From NCBI GenBank assembly GCA_044225365.1, contig JBGAIQ010000010.1:93095-157094 (forward strand): 64,000 nt of DNA, in the 5' to 3' direction. This document shows positions 27,696-36,217 of the stretch, in pieces. The notes beneath the pieces are model-generated. The model ran no database searches. It had not been told where the DNA came from and saw only the letters and a list, made by a program, of their open reading frames with translations. Every line of letters begins with the position of its first letter. Within the stretch, counting starts at the first letter, position 1. The stretch comes from Planctomycetota bacterium (GTDB lineage Bacteria; Planctomycetota; B15-G4; JADJEK01). Both the position numbers and the translations under genes were made by a program.

Positions 27696-29522
27696 TCACT
27701 TCTTCTCGCCTTCCTTCTTGGTGTCGTCGGCCTTCGGCGGCTCGGCCTTTGGCGCTTCAGCCTTCGGAGCCTTCTTCTCGCGCGCCGAGCTGCCGAAGGC
27801 GTTCTCGTACCGGTAGTACACCTCGAGCGTCAGGATGTTGATCGCCGTCGTGTAGATGCGGCTCGCCTCGTAGCTCCAGCGATCGCGACCTAGCCAGGCG
27901 CCCATCGAGCAGCTCTTCTCGGTCTTGTCCTGGAGTCCGAGCAGCACCTTGTTCATCGCCGTGTTCCAGGCGTTCCAGTGCCGGTTCGTCTTCTTCGGGC
28001 TGTCCGGACCGTCGACCTGATTGAGCGCGAGGGTCGCGTAGTACCAGTAGTAGTAATCGACCGAGAGTCCGTCATCCGAGGCCGCCGGGAGGTTCTCCGG
28101 CTTGATGAGCTGATCGGCGGCAGCGACGAGGAAGGGATCGTCCGGATTGTGCTCGAGGAAGATCCGGATGCACATGTTCACGGCGCCCATCGAGCTGCCC
28201 GTGTAGTACTTGTACTGATCGTTCGGACCGGTGAGCTTCTGCGTCGCTTGATCGGCGCGCTGATAGCCCGAGAGACCGCTCGGCTGGCCCATCGCTTTCG
28301 CGAAGTTCATGGCGCCTTCCTTGCACTCGGGCGGCACGTTGAGGCCCGACAGCTCGGCGGACTTCAGCGCCATCACGACCCAGCCGGTCACCGAGGTGTC
28401 GGAGTCGTTGAGCGCTTCGTTGAACTTCGCGTCGGTCGCATAGTCGGAGCGGCGATCCTCGATGTACTTGCGGGTGTCGTAGCGCCAACCCCAACGCTTG
28501 CTGACGTCACCGGGAGCTGGTCGCTGCGCGCCCGCGAGGAAGTCGACGGCCTTCTGCGCCGGGACCTTCCAGTAGCGGTTCTTCGTCAGACCATAGGCTT
28601 CGCAGAGCGCGAGCGTCGCGATCGCTTCGTTGTACATGAACGTTCCCGCCGCGCTGAACGAGCCGTCCGGCTGCTGGCGATCGGTCAGGTACTGCAGGCC
28701 CTTCTTCACGACCTCGCCGAGGCGATACTTCCTCGCCGTGACCGGGTCGACGATGTACTGCTTCGACTCATGGGTGTAGCCCGAGCCGAGGAAACAGAGG
28801 AGCGCGAGACCGGTGAGACCTTCGTCGAGGCGGTCGGAGCGATCGTCCTCGGACGTGAAGCAGTGACCCTCCTGGTTGCACTTGTCCGCACAACCGCGGG
28901 TCGTCCACGAACCGTCGTCGTTCTGGTGGCGGAGCAGCCAGCGCAGACCGTTCAGCACGGCTTCTTCGGTCGCTTGCGTGGGGCCGCCGACGCGACCCTT
29001 CTTGCCGCCGCCGAGACGGCCCGCGAATGCCGACGGCCGACCGGTTCCGAAGTGACCGCCCGTACCGACACCCATCGAGGTGCCACCCGTGAAGCCGGAC
29101 GTGTTGGAGAGCGCCGTCGGATCCCCTCGCGGCTGCGTGAGGTCCTGATCCGGAACCTCCATCGTCGGCGTGAAGACGTTCTCGTCGAAAGTGACGACTT
29201 CGGCTTCCTGGTTCTCCGGGATGGCCTTGCGGTCCACCTTCTCCTCGGGAGGAGGTGGTGGCTCGTCCGCTTCCTTCGCCTGCTTCAGGTTCATCACCAC
29301 GGGCGGAGCTTCCACGGCGGCCTTCTGCGAGCCGACGTAGCTCATGCCGAGGATCGCGATGACCGCCAAGTGGACGGCCACCGAGATCACGACCCAGGGT
29401 GAGTTCCGAACGAAGTTGCGGATGACTTCCATCCGCGTCTGGGGAGCGTTGAGGCGCTCCTCGAGAGTCATGTCGTCCGCATCATCCATCGGCTCGGAAT
29501 CGTCATCGTTTCGACGGGCCAT
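27696..29522 (-). CDS. Prenyltransferase/squalene-oxidase-repeat (terpene cyclase-like toroid) protein with TonB/TolA-like SxxxH TM anchor and Pro/Gly linker
   Basis: TM PWVVISVAVHLAVIAILG; EPPPPPEE; Gly-rich stretch; GLRWLLRHQNDDGSW, GLQYLTDRQQPDGSF, DTSVTGWVVMALKSA, YYYWYYATLAL, TTAINILTLEVYYRY. Confidence 0.88.
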   Translation of the reverse strand: MARRNDDDSEPMDDADDMTLEERLNAPQTRMEVIRNFVRNSPWVVISVAVHLAVIAILGMSYVGSQKAAVEAPPVVMNLKQAKEADEPPPPPEEKVDRKAIPENQEAEVVTFDENVFTPTMEVPDQDLTQPRGDPTALSNTSGFTGGTSMGVGTGGHFGTGRPSAFAGRLGGGKKGRVGGPTQATEEAVLNGLRWLLRHQNDDGSWTTRGCADKCNQEGHCFTSEDDRSDRLDEGLTGLALLCFLGSGYTHESKQYIVDPVTARKYRLGEVVKKGLQYLTDRQQPDGSFSAAGTFMYNEAIATLALCEAYGLTKNRYWKVPAQKAVDFLAGAQRPAPGDVSKRWGWRYDTRKYIEDRRSDYATDAKFNEALNDSDTSVTGWVVMALKSAELSGLNVPPECKEGAMNFAKAMGQPSGLSGYQRADQATQKLTGPNDQYKYYTGSSMGAVNMCIRIFLEHNPDDPFLVAAADQLIKPENLPAASDDGLSVDYYYWYYATLALNQVDGPDSPKKTNRHWNAWNTAMNKVLLGLQDKTEKSCSMGAWLGRDRWSYEASRIYTTAINILTLEVYYRYENAFGSSAREKKAPKAEAPKAEPPKADDTKKEGEKK

Positions 29523-29567
29523 GTTGGTTCCTAGCTGAGCTCATTGCCTCAGGCGACGAAGCGCCGG

Positions 29568-29576
29568 ATTCTAACA
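29568..29576 (-). promoter_or_regulatory. Extended -10 promoter element (TGTTAGAAT) upstream of the toroid/TPR/ExbBD operon
   Basis: attctaaca on + strand = TGnTAGAAT on minus, about 45 nt upstream of ATG 29522; no good -35. Confidence 0.5.
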
Positions 29577-29827
29577 ACGTCCACGGTTTGTTGAGGGTCT
29601 GACGACGAAAGCGCGTCGATTCCCGTTGTCATTGGATCCATCGATCACGGGAGGATTCGAACGCAGCTATGTGTTGGACTCACGAACTCCGGGGCGAACG
29701 GACGACGGCCTTACCGGTTTGAACCGATACCAGAACGCTTTTCATACCGGCGGATTGTCATCTCGAGTCATCTCGCGCAAACGATTCGGGGGTCTTCTTC
29801 GCTCCGGTTGCTCCACTGTCCGCATCA

Positions 29828-31789
29828 TCACTTGCCTGCCGGAGCGATGAGTGGACGGTGGCGCAGGGGCACCACGACCTCGAAAACCTTGTTCTTAGCG
29901 GCGCCGAGGCGGAAGCGATAGGTGAAGGTTGGCGAATCCGCGGATGCATTTGGCGGGAGCGGATCCGCGACGAGGCCCTTCACTGCGGCGACTTCCTTGG
30001 GCGGACCGTCGAGCGCCATCGCGGCTACGAACTCGCCGCGCTTGTCGATGAGCACGAGCGCGTCGTGCGAACGATCGACCGCCACGGCGCCCTGCGCGAT
30101 CGGTTCGGGAGCAGCCTGCGGCTCGGGCGCTTCGGGCGCTTCGGGGGCCGACGACTCGGGCTCCTTCTCGCCGCCTTCCTTGCCTTCGCTCTTCGGATCT
30201 TTGGCGTCCTTGCCACCCTTCGCGTCTTTTCCGCCCTTGGAGTCCTTGCTGTCCTTGCCCTCCTTGCTGGGGGCATCGGGCCGCTTGGCCTTATCATCCT
30301 TCGCCGCTGGGGGCTTGGCGGGCGCCTTCGCAGGCGCGGTCGGCTTCGTCGGCTTTGCGGGAGTCGCCGCGGCGTCCACCGCATCGCGACCGGCGTAGTT
30401 CCATCCCGACTTCGGGAAAACGAGCTTCTTCTGGGTCTCCGCGATCTTCAGATCGCGTGCCAGGATCCCGACTCCGTATTCGCCGGACGTCAGGCGCGGT
30501 TCGAGGATCGGTTCGGAAGTCGCAAGGAGCCCGATCATCACGGGCGCCTTCTGCGCACGCGTCATCAGGTCGGTGACCGAGAGATTGCCGCCCGTCTTCT
30601 CGCGCTGCACGGAGTCCGCCGGCGCGAGGACGAAGTGAGACTCGCCTGTGATCAGTCCCTGATCGTTGTAGTGCACGCTCTCGGTCGCGATGACGTCGGC
30701 CCACGCGATCGGCGAATTCTCGAAGCGTCGGGCCTGGAGCGCCGCGATCGCCTGGTGGATGACTTCCGCGCCGGGGCGGACGTCCCGCACGCAGCGGAAG
30801 CCGATCGTGTTGTACCAAGTGCCGGGTTCGGTCCCCTGCCGCACGGCGGAGAGGAGCGCGATGGGGTTCGAGTCGAACTGCCCGCCGCGAATCACCATCT
30901 GCTTCTCGCTGAGGATGCTCGCTGCCGTGACCGTCTTCGGCTTGCCGGTCTTCGCGGGGATGTCGATCGAGATCGTCTTGGTGTCGAACGCCGTCATCGG
31001 CGAGCTCGTCCACTCCCAGACGTTGCCGCAGAGGTCCTGGATGCCGAAGGGACTGGCGCCGTCGGGGAACGAGCCCACGTCCGCGACGACGCGCGACCCC
31101 TTCGAGGAGCCGCAATTCGCGCGCGTCCCGCCGCGCTTGCCGTCCTCGTCGAACTTCACGCCCCAGGGGTACATTCGGCCGTCGGTGCCGCGCGCGGCAT
31201 ACTCCCACTCGAACTCGGTCGGGATGCGCTTCAGGCACCAGGCCGCGAACTTCTCGACCTCGGGGTACGAAACGAAGACCACGGGCTTCTTCTCGTGGCC
31301 CTTGGGGATCTTCCCTTCCGCCCAGTAGTTGTTGACGAGCTGATCGGAGGGCTTCTGTCCCGTGGCGTCGAGGTAGACCTTCCACTGGGCGTTCGTCACT
31401 TCGAACTTGTCCATGTAGAAGGCTTCGATCGGGCGATTGTTGAACCCGGGATACGACGCGACGAGCTGCGTCAGGAAGTTTGCGTTCTCGAGGTTGAGGG
31501 CGAGGATCTGGTCCTTGTCGAGGCCGATCTTCGGCGCACCTGCGGGTACGAAGGCCATCTCGGGAGGGATGGAGTTCGCCGGATCGACCTTGGGCATCGA
31601 TGTGCGATCGAAGGACTTCGTCGATCCCTTGTCGCTCGCGCCGGCCGCTGCGGGCGCGCCGTCCTCCTTCTCCGACTTCGCCGTCACCGCGGACTTGTCC
31701 TGCGGCGGATCCGAGGCGACCGCTACGGCCGGGCAATACGCCAGCGCAATTGCGAGGGAGAGCCTTGCCGCGATGAGTGTGTCAAGCAT
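29828..31789 (-). CDS. SUMF1/FGE-sulfatase-fold secreted protein with Lys/Pro/Ala-rich linker
   Basis: FYMDKFEVTNAQW, PVVFVSY, RIPTEFEWEYAARG, YPWG, FGIQDLCGNVWEW, RGGQF, IGFRC; signal peptide. Confidence 0.88.
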   Translation of the reverse strand: MLDTLIAARLSLAIALAYCPAVAVASDPPQDKSAVTAKSEKEDGAPAAAGASDKGSTKSFDRTSMPKVDPANSIPPEMAFVPAGAPKIGLDKDQILALNLENANFLTQLVASYPGFNNRPIEAFYMDKFEVTNAQWKVYLDATGQKPSDQLVNNYWAEGKIPKGHEKKPVVFVSYPEVEKFAAWCLKRIPTEFEWEYAARGTDGRMYPWGVKFDEDGKRGGTRANCGSSKGSRVVADVGSFPDGASPFGIQDLCGNVWEWTSSPMTAFDTKTISIDIPAKTGKPKTVTAASILSEKQMVIRGGQFDSNPIALLSAVRQGTEPGTWYNTIGFRCVRDVRPGAEVIHQAIAALQARRFENSPIAWADVIATESVHYNDQGLITGESHFVLAPADSVQREKTGGNLSVTDLMTRAQKAPVMIGLLATSEPILEPRLTSGEYGVGILARDLKIAETQKKLVFPKSGWNYAGRDAVDAAATPAKPTKPTAPAKAPAKPPAAKDDKAKRPDAPSKEGKDSKDSKGGKDAKGGKDAKDPKSEGKEGGEKEPESSAPEAPEAPEPQAAPEPIAQGAVAVDRSHDALVLIDKRGEFVAAMALDGPPKEVAAVKGLVADPLPPNASADSPTFTYRFRLGAAKNKVFEVVVPLRHRPLIAPAGK

Positions 31790-31822
31790 TCGAGAACTCG
31801 GCGATCAGAGTGCAGTCAGGGC

Positions 31823-31851
31823 ATTCTATGGAAGAGCCAAAAAACTGGCAA
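31823..31851 (-). promoter_or_regulatory. Sigma70-type promoter for the SUMF1-fold gene
   Basis: TTGCCA (31846-31851), 17 nt spacer, TAGAAT (31823-31828) on minus strand, 34 nt upstream of ATG 31789. Confidence 0.7.
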
Positions 31852-31861
31852 GACCCGTAAC

Positions 31862-31891
31862 GACCCGCGCGGCCCCACGCGGGTCTTTCGT
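31862..31891. terminator. GC-rich hairpin, possible terminator
   Basis: GACCCGCG-cggcccca-CGCGGGTC followed by TTTCG on + strand; intergenic. Confidence 0.35.
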
Positions 31892-32142
31892 TCGAATCGA
31901 CGATCGACCAAGGCACTCGTTTCGGCGATGCGTCGATCCGAATTCACGTGCGATCGAACCGTGCAACGAAGTCTCGCTCGCGCCGGCAGCGCTTCGATCA
32001 CCATGGGGTTCGCTAGCCGGATTTCCTCGCCAGGTAACCGGCTGCGACCTTCTGGCAGGTGCTCGACGACTGCCGTCCGCCGCGCGCCAGGACCGTCAAG
32101 AGCGAAGCATGGAACGGCGGAACGCGGATTCCGCGCGACTTC

Positions 32143-35100
32143 TCAGCCGCGTCGCAACGCGACGAAAGCCGCTGCGAGCAAGGCGATCACGGGGAACGCC
32201 ATCAGCACGATGCCGAGGCGGTCGACCCCTTCGTCCTCGCCCGCGGACGACGGGCGACCGGCCTCCGGCGATTTCGCACCGACCCCACCGCCCGGGAGAC
32301 CTTGCACCTGGGTTTTCAGGAAGGCTACGACGTCGCGCATCTCTCGCAGACTCAGCTTGTCCTTCATCGTCGGCATCGCGCTCACGAGTCCGAAGCCCTT
32401 CACGATGTTGGCCTGCGGATCGAGCATCGACTGCAGCAGGTACCGCTCGTTCTGTCGCGCGCCGACGCCCGTGAGGTTCGGGCCCACGGTCCCACCGGTC
32501 CCATTCAGCGTGTGACAGCGCAGACACTCGGCGACGCGGTTGTAGAGGAACACGCGCTCGCCCCGCGCGGGGTCGCCGCCGACGAGCGCCACGCCATTCT
32601 CCGCGAGGGGGTCTCCGGAGAGGCGGATATTCTTCCACGTGTCGAGCTCGCCCTGGATCTCCGCGACGAAATCCGGCTCGCGCAGCAACTTCGCCGCTTC
32701 GAGCGTCTCGAGCGCCAGGCCCGCGGGCAACTCCCCCGCCGTGAGATCGCGCACGAGCGGTCGCAGCATGCGCGCTGCGCGCTTCTCGAGATCGGCGCCG
32801 AGTCCGAGCTCGAATCGAATCGAACTCTCCGGCGCCTTCTCGATCACGGTCCGCCACAACTCGCGGCGATTGGCATCGAGCGCTTTCACCACCGCCCCGT
32901 TCAATCGCTTCTGATGCCCGTTGTCCGTGCGGTTCCACAGCACGATCGCATCGATCCGGTATTCGGCGCCGAGATCGACCTCGAGCCAAGGGTCGTTCTC
33001 GATCGAGGTGTGGGAGACCGAGGGCTTTGCGCTGTGGTCGCCCGCGGTCGAACCATCGAATGCGAGTTCGACCGGGCCGTCGTAGTCGGTCGTCGATTGC
33101 GTCGCCTTCGCGCCCTTGCCGCGCGCCACGTTCTCCGCCCCCGCGAAGACCTCGAGTTCAGCGAGCGAGAGGATCCGTCCCGTACCCGGAAGATCAACGC
33201 GGACGTAGCGCGCGATCGGGCGGAAGTAGCGCGGGAGGAGGTCGATCGCGCTTTGCTGCTCCTGCAGCGTTCCGAAGCGCAGACTCGCCGCGATCTCGGG
33301 AAGCGCCGCCTCGGGATCGAGGCGCGCGAGTTGGTTGCGCGCTGCCGTGCGGAGCATCGCCTCGTTCGAACGCAACGCGAGTTCGATCGCCTGACGGGCC
33401 TCTTCGGCCGAGCGACGGGCCACGATGCGCAGCGAGTCGAGCCGCAGGTTCACGTTCTCGTCGACGTTGGCGATCACGGCGAGGTGCTCGCTCGTCGGCT
33501 TCGCGGGCAGCAGTCGATTGTTCAGGCTCGAGATCCGCTCGCGGAGAGCGTCGGATTCGCTCTGGATTCGGGTGAGGACACCCTCGCGCTGGGCCTTCTG
33601 ATAGGCGCGGGCGGCGATTCCCGCGTCCCGCGCCGGGCACGGCCAAACGTCGTAGTAGACGGGATCCTTCGGTGCCGGCTGATCCCACTGCTCGAGACAC
33701 TCGAGCGCGAAGATCCGCTTGTCCTCGGGATACCCGGGGATCGCGGCGAAGCGCAACAAACGATCCGCGGCCTCCTCGGTCCCCTGGCGGAGGTTGACGG
33801 CGATCGAGCGGCGCAAGATCGCTTCACTGTTGTCGCGGTTGAAGGGAAAGCGCGGAGGATCGATCGCGATCTGCTTGCCGAGCGCGGGAAACGCCGCCTC
33901 GACCCGCTCGTCGTAGATCGCACGTGCCGCTTCGCTCGCGACCTGGAACTCGGCGTCGTCGAGGAAGCGCGCGAGTTCCGGTGAGCGCAGGCGACGCAAC
34001 GCAAGCACGGCCGCGAGCCGCACCGACCGATCGGCGTGCGTGCTGAGCGCCGCGAGGCGCGCCGCATCCCCACAACCCACGAATCCCAGGACTCCGCCAT
34101 GCCGGAGCACCGCGTCGTGATCGGCGTTCGCCTTCAGCATTTCGACGAGCGGCAGGAACGCCGATGCGGCGCCGATCTTCGACAGAGCGATCGCGGACTG
34201 CAGACGTACTCGCGCCGATGCGTCCGTGAGGTGGGCGATCAGCGGCGCCGCAGCGCCCGCGACTTTGCGGTCACCGAGTTCGATCGCGGCGGCCTCGCGG
34301 TGATGGGGATCGGCGGCCGAGAGTACGGCGACGAGCGCCTCGGCCGCAGCGGAGTCGAACGCCTGCTTCCTCTCGCGGAACGACTGGGCGAGTCCATGGA
34401 TCGCGTGGATGCGTGCGAAGTGCGGAGCGGCGGAGTCCTTCACGACCGCTAGAAGGGCCGCGCGACCCTCGTCGCCGCGATCGACGAGCGCATACTGCGC
34501 GTACTGCCGCGCGCGCCAGTCGAAGTGGTCGAGCAGCTTCACGAGTTCTTCGGTCTTGCGCTGCGAGAACCCGTCGGCGAACAACTGCTTCACTTCCGCG
34601 ACGCGCGGGTCCTTCTGGCCGGCTTCGTCGTAGACGACCTCGATCGACGAATCCTTGTTGAGATCCCAGCCGCTTCCCCAGTTGGTGCAGTACAGCCGGC
34701 TGTCGTAGCCGAAGATCGCGTCGGACGGGCCGACCACCCGATCCTGCTCGAGGAAGATGTGGAAGTCCCTCACGCGGCTGCCGGCGCCGTCGTCCTCGAA
34801 CTGAAAACTCTGCAGCAGGCCGCCGCCACCCGCACAGTGCGCGAGGATGAAGTGATCGCGATAGCGCTCGGGCAATCCCGCTCCGGGGCAGTAGCAAGCG
34901 CCGGCCGGTCCTTGACCGACGGGGTAGAAGAGCGGAGGCAGGACCCACGCCGGTTTCGTCGGATCCTTCAGGAGGTCGAGAGGATTCGCCACTTTGAGGT
35001 GTTGGGCGAGATCGTCGAGCGTCATCCAGGTGAACTCCCGCATCCACGGCCCACCGGAGTCGGCGCGCTGTGGCGGTAATCGCCAACCGTAGTCCGCACC

Positions 35101-36036
35101 TTCGATGATGCGCTCGATGCGGGCGGAGTCGCCCTTGTCGCAGTTGTTGTCGCCCGTCATCAGATCGCCGTGGGCGTTGAAGGCGAGATCCTGCGGATTG
35201 CGCAGGCCCTGCGCGAAGAGCTCCACCTCGCTCCCGTCGCGGTTGCACCGGAAGACGCCGCCCATCTTCCCTTCGAAGTGCTTTCCCTCCGCCGTCGTGA
35301 TGTTGAAGCTGCGATCCCCGATCGACCAGTAGAGCCGACCGTCGAGGCCCATCACGAGGCCGTGGAGGTCGTGGCCCATGAACGAGTACACCGTGCCGAA
35401 GCCGTGCTGGACGACCGTGCGCTCGGTCTCGTCCGCGACGCCATCGCCGTTCTTGTCCTCGAGCAGCCAGAGATTCGGGATGTCGGTGTAGAAGACCTTG
35501 CCGTTCAACTCGAAGACGTCGGCGCCGGGCCCTGAGTACCAGTCGTCGAATCCATCGGCGAAGATGTGATGACGATCGGCGACGCCGTCACCGTCGGTGT
35601 CTTCGTAGAGCGAGATGCGGTCCGACAGCCCCTGATACATGCAATAGGCCGGATCGGGGTTGTTCTTGTCGGGATCGCGCCGGAACTTCCCCTTCGCCAC
35701 TTGCGACCGCAACATCTCCTCGAAGTCCTCCACGGTCTTCGCCTGGAGCTCGAGGTCTTCCAGTTCGGTGTCGCCGCGCGACTGTTTCACGCCGACCGAA
35801 TAGCGTTCGGTCTCGGCGGCGTAGACGCGACCCTTCTCGTCGATCGCGAGGCTGATCGGATGGCCCGCCATGCCGGGTGGCGCGAAGTTCTTCACGACGA
35901 GCGGCATCTGCCGCTCCGGCCCCTCGCCCGAGGGGAGCTTCGCCACCGTGGGCGGTACGTCGGGGCCGTCCTTCGTTCCATGCTCGTTCTGAGCGAACAA
36001 CAGGACGACGGCGAGATGCAGGGAGTGTGGATCCAT
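32143..36036 (-). CDS. PVC-type membrane-bound dehydrogenase-like protein: beta-propeller, HEAT repeats, discoidin/fucolectin-like insert, C-terminal CxxCH cytochrome and TM anchor
   Basis: Start MDPHSLHLAVVLLFAQ with GAGG RBS; GHDLHGL, GLRNPQDLAF, GDNNCD; HEAT repeats; ENVARGKGAKATQS..DPWLEVDLG..IVLWNRTD; GDPARGERVF..CLRCH..VGPNLT; C-terminal TM. Confidence 0.88.
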   Translation of the reverse strand: MDPHSLHLAVVLLFAQNEHGTKDGPDVPPTVAKLPSGEGPERQMPLVVKNFAPPGMAGHPISLAIDEKGRVYAAETERYSVGVKQSRGDTELEDLELQAKTVEDFEEMLRSQVAKGKFRRDPDKNNPDPAYCMYQGLSDRISLYEDTDGDGVADRHHIFADGFDDWYSGPGADVFELNGKVFYTDIPNLWLLEDKNGDGVADETERTVVQHGFGTVYSFMGHDLHGLVMGLDGRLYWSIGDRSFNITTAEGKHFEGKMGGVFRCNRDGSEVELFAQGLRNPQDLAFNAHGDLMTGDNNCDKGDSARIERIIEGADYGWRLPPQRADSGGPWMREFTWMTLDDLAQHLKVANPLDLLKDPTKPAWVLPPLFYPVGQGPAGACYCPGAGLPERYRDHFILAHCAGGGGLLQSFQFEDDGAGSRVRDFHIFLEQDRVVGPSDAIFGYDSRLYCTNWGSGWDLNKDSSIEVVYDEAGQKDPRVAEVKQLFADGFSQRKTEELVKLLDHFDWRARQYAQYALVDRGDEGRAALLAVVKDSAAPHFARIHAIHGLAQSFRERKQAFDSAAAEALVAVLSAADPHHREAAAIELGDRKVAGAAAPLIAHLTDASARVRLQSAIALSKIGAASAFLPLVEMLKANADHDAVLRHGGVLGFVGCGDAARLAALSTHADRSVRLAAVLALRRLRSPELARFLDDAEFQVASEAARAIYDERVEAAFPALGKQIAIDPPRFPFNRDNSEAILRRSIAVNLRQGTEEAADRLLRFAAIPGYPEDKRIFALECLEQWDQPAPKDPVYYDVWPCPARDAGIAARAYQKAQREGVLTRIQSESDALRERISSLNNRLLPAKPTSEHLAVIANVDENVNLRLDSLRIVARRSAEEARQAIELALRSNEAMLRTAARNQLARLDPEAALPEIAASLRFGTLQEQQSAIDLLPRYFRPIARYVRVDLPGTGRILSLAELEVFAGAENVARGKGAKATQSTTDYDGPVELAFDGSTAGDHSAKPSVSHTSIENDPWLEVDLGAEYRIDAIVLWNRTDNGHQKRLNGAVVKALDANRRELWRTVIEKAPESSIRFELGLGADLEKRAARMLRPLVRDLTAGELPAGLALETLEAAKLLREPDFVAEIQGELDTWKNIRLSGDPLAENGVALVGGDPARGERVFLYNRVAECLRCHTLNGTGGTVGPNLTGVGARQNERYLLQSMLDPQANIVKGFGLVSAMPTMKDKLSLREMRDVVAFLKTQVQGLPGGGVGAKSPEAGRPSSAGEDEGVDRLGIVLMAFPVIALLAAAFVALRRG

Positions 36037-36217
36037 CGTGGGTCCTCGTTGGAGGCGGTGAACCCGACGACGAGCGCGTGACCGCGCGGGCCGATGGGCC
36101 TCGGAGGGACGGACGGTCGAATCTATCGTCGTTCGTTTCGCGGCGCGAGTGCGCGCTGTCCATTCCCCATCGCAACTCCCGAGATCATCGCACAGGAGGT
36201 TCCGTAGGATTCCGCGC

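Noticed and set aside
24889-27816. 975-aa plus-strand ORF and other long antisense ORFs (e.g. 221..2347, 1242..3479, 29858..32515, 38822..41233, 43263..45302, 50122..52020)
   Set aside because: Shadow frames of real genes in high-GC DNA; Arg-rich and without recognisable motifs
27696-29522. Squalene-hopene cyclase (shc) or alpha-2-macroglobulin thioester domain
   Set aside because: Single toroid, no DxDD motif, no CxEQ thioester motif, and no hopanoid genes nearby
30100-30380. Low-complexity KDSKDSKGGKDAKGGKDAK / APEAPEAPE repeats
   Set aside because: Ordinary disordered linker within the SUMF1-fold CDS, not an independent repeat element
29828-31789. Active formylglycine-generating enzyme
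   Set aside because: Catalytic cysteine pair absent and no adjacent sulfatase
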